DNA of 64,000 nucleotides, from assembly GCA_002104945.1 (NCBI GenBank), contig MCFH01000039.1:372001-436000 (forward strand). The letters are read 5' to 3'. Source of the stretch: Piromyces finnis finn (taxonomy: Eukaryota; Fungi; Neocallimastigomycota). The notes under the pieces are model-generated. The model was not told the DNA's origin. It did not search any database and was given only the letters and a program-made list of their open reading frames with translations. Positions within the stretch are counted from its first letter, which is position 1, and each line of letters opens with the position of its first letter. Shown piece by piece: positions 63,301-64,000 of the stretch. Position numbers and translations under genes: made by a program.

Positions 63301-64000
63301 ATATCTTGATTCAAGTGAAAATCGATGGATTCCCGAGGATCAGATTTTAGATAGACAATTGATCCAAGAATTTTACAGAAGAAACAAAAAGCTAAGAAAA
63401 AATAAAGACAACGAATATATGGATAATTTAAACAACGACGGTATGATTCGAACAAAGTATAGACCATTTGTTATAGAAATTCCTTCTAGAAAATGATCTC
63501 ACAGGAGCTCGACTTAAAGGGTGAGATTGTAAAGATATAATATATATCTTTAGATTATTTAATAATTAACTATTAATTATTAAATAATAAATTAATATTT
63601 ATTAAAATTAACTATGAAATTTTTAATATTCAATGGAATAATTTAATAATAAATTATTTTATAATAATTCCGTCAAAATTAAATAAAGATAAATATTTAA
63701 ATTTAAGGAACAAAAGAATCCTAATTAAATTTAAATATTTCAAATATTTTAAATATTCATAATAACTTTAAATACTTTTTATTTAATTTTAGAATAGTTT
63801 AATAATAATATACTTTCTTATTTAAATTTAGAATAGTTTAATAATTTTAACTGAGTTTTAAAAATAGATGTGTTTATATTTCAATAGGAAATATATTAAG
63901 AATAGTATTGATAATATTAAATTAATTTATAGATAATACCTGAGCTTTATTCAATTTTGAGTTTACTCAAATTGAATTAAAAGTATAATGAATTAGTTTT
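57394..64000 (+). mobile_element. Near-complete chromovirus-type element B (3' LTR cut by the window edge)
   Basis: 5' LTR 57394-58146, PBS 58147-58157, PPT to 63527, 3' LTR from 63528. Confidence 0.96.
58713..63496 (+). CDS. pol: Gag-Pol polyprotein of element B, one 1-bp frameshift near 61203
   Basis: ORFs 58713-61235 and 61214-63496; all domains present; adding one T restores TTFLGY seen in element A. Confidence 0.88.

Overview
Eukaryotic, extremely AT-rich DNA that is almost entirely nested LTR retrotransposons. The composition and a subtilase (S8) + chitin-binding + ricin-like pseudogene suggest an anaerobic gut fungus (Neocallimastigomycota); this is an inference. No intact host gene, rRNA, true tRNA gene or CRISPR array is supported. 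Family letters below are my own labels. Contents: a complete chromovirus-type Ty3/Gypsy element with near-identical LTRs (A, 21924-28123); a second nearly complete one running off the window end (B, 57394->64000); a complete non-chromodomain Gypsy with apparently identical LTRs, tRNA-Tyr PBS and 4-bp TSD (D, 36516-44929); decayed Gypsy copies (G, H, J, D2); two Ty1/Copia fragments; and about a dozen solo or partial LTRs, most solos with clean TSDs. Most interesting observations: (1) Tf1-like tRNA-independent self-priming signals with covarying sequence in four elements; (2) tRNA-like A/B-box modules inside one LTR group (K), with LTRs of two other families (D, E) inserted at the same short distance upstream at two separate loci, suggesting Pol III-type landing pads; (3) a Copia PBS matching the anticodon arm of tRNA-Lys(CTT), i.e. 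half-tRNA priming; (4) a -1 frameshift H-type pseudoknot with compensatory changes between two Gypsy families; (5) a hairpin at the U3 end of many LTR families; (6) probable non-AUG Gag starts after poly(A) leaders.
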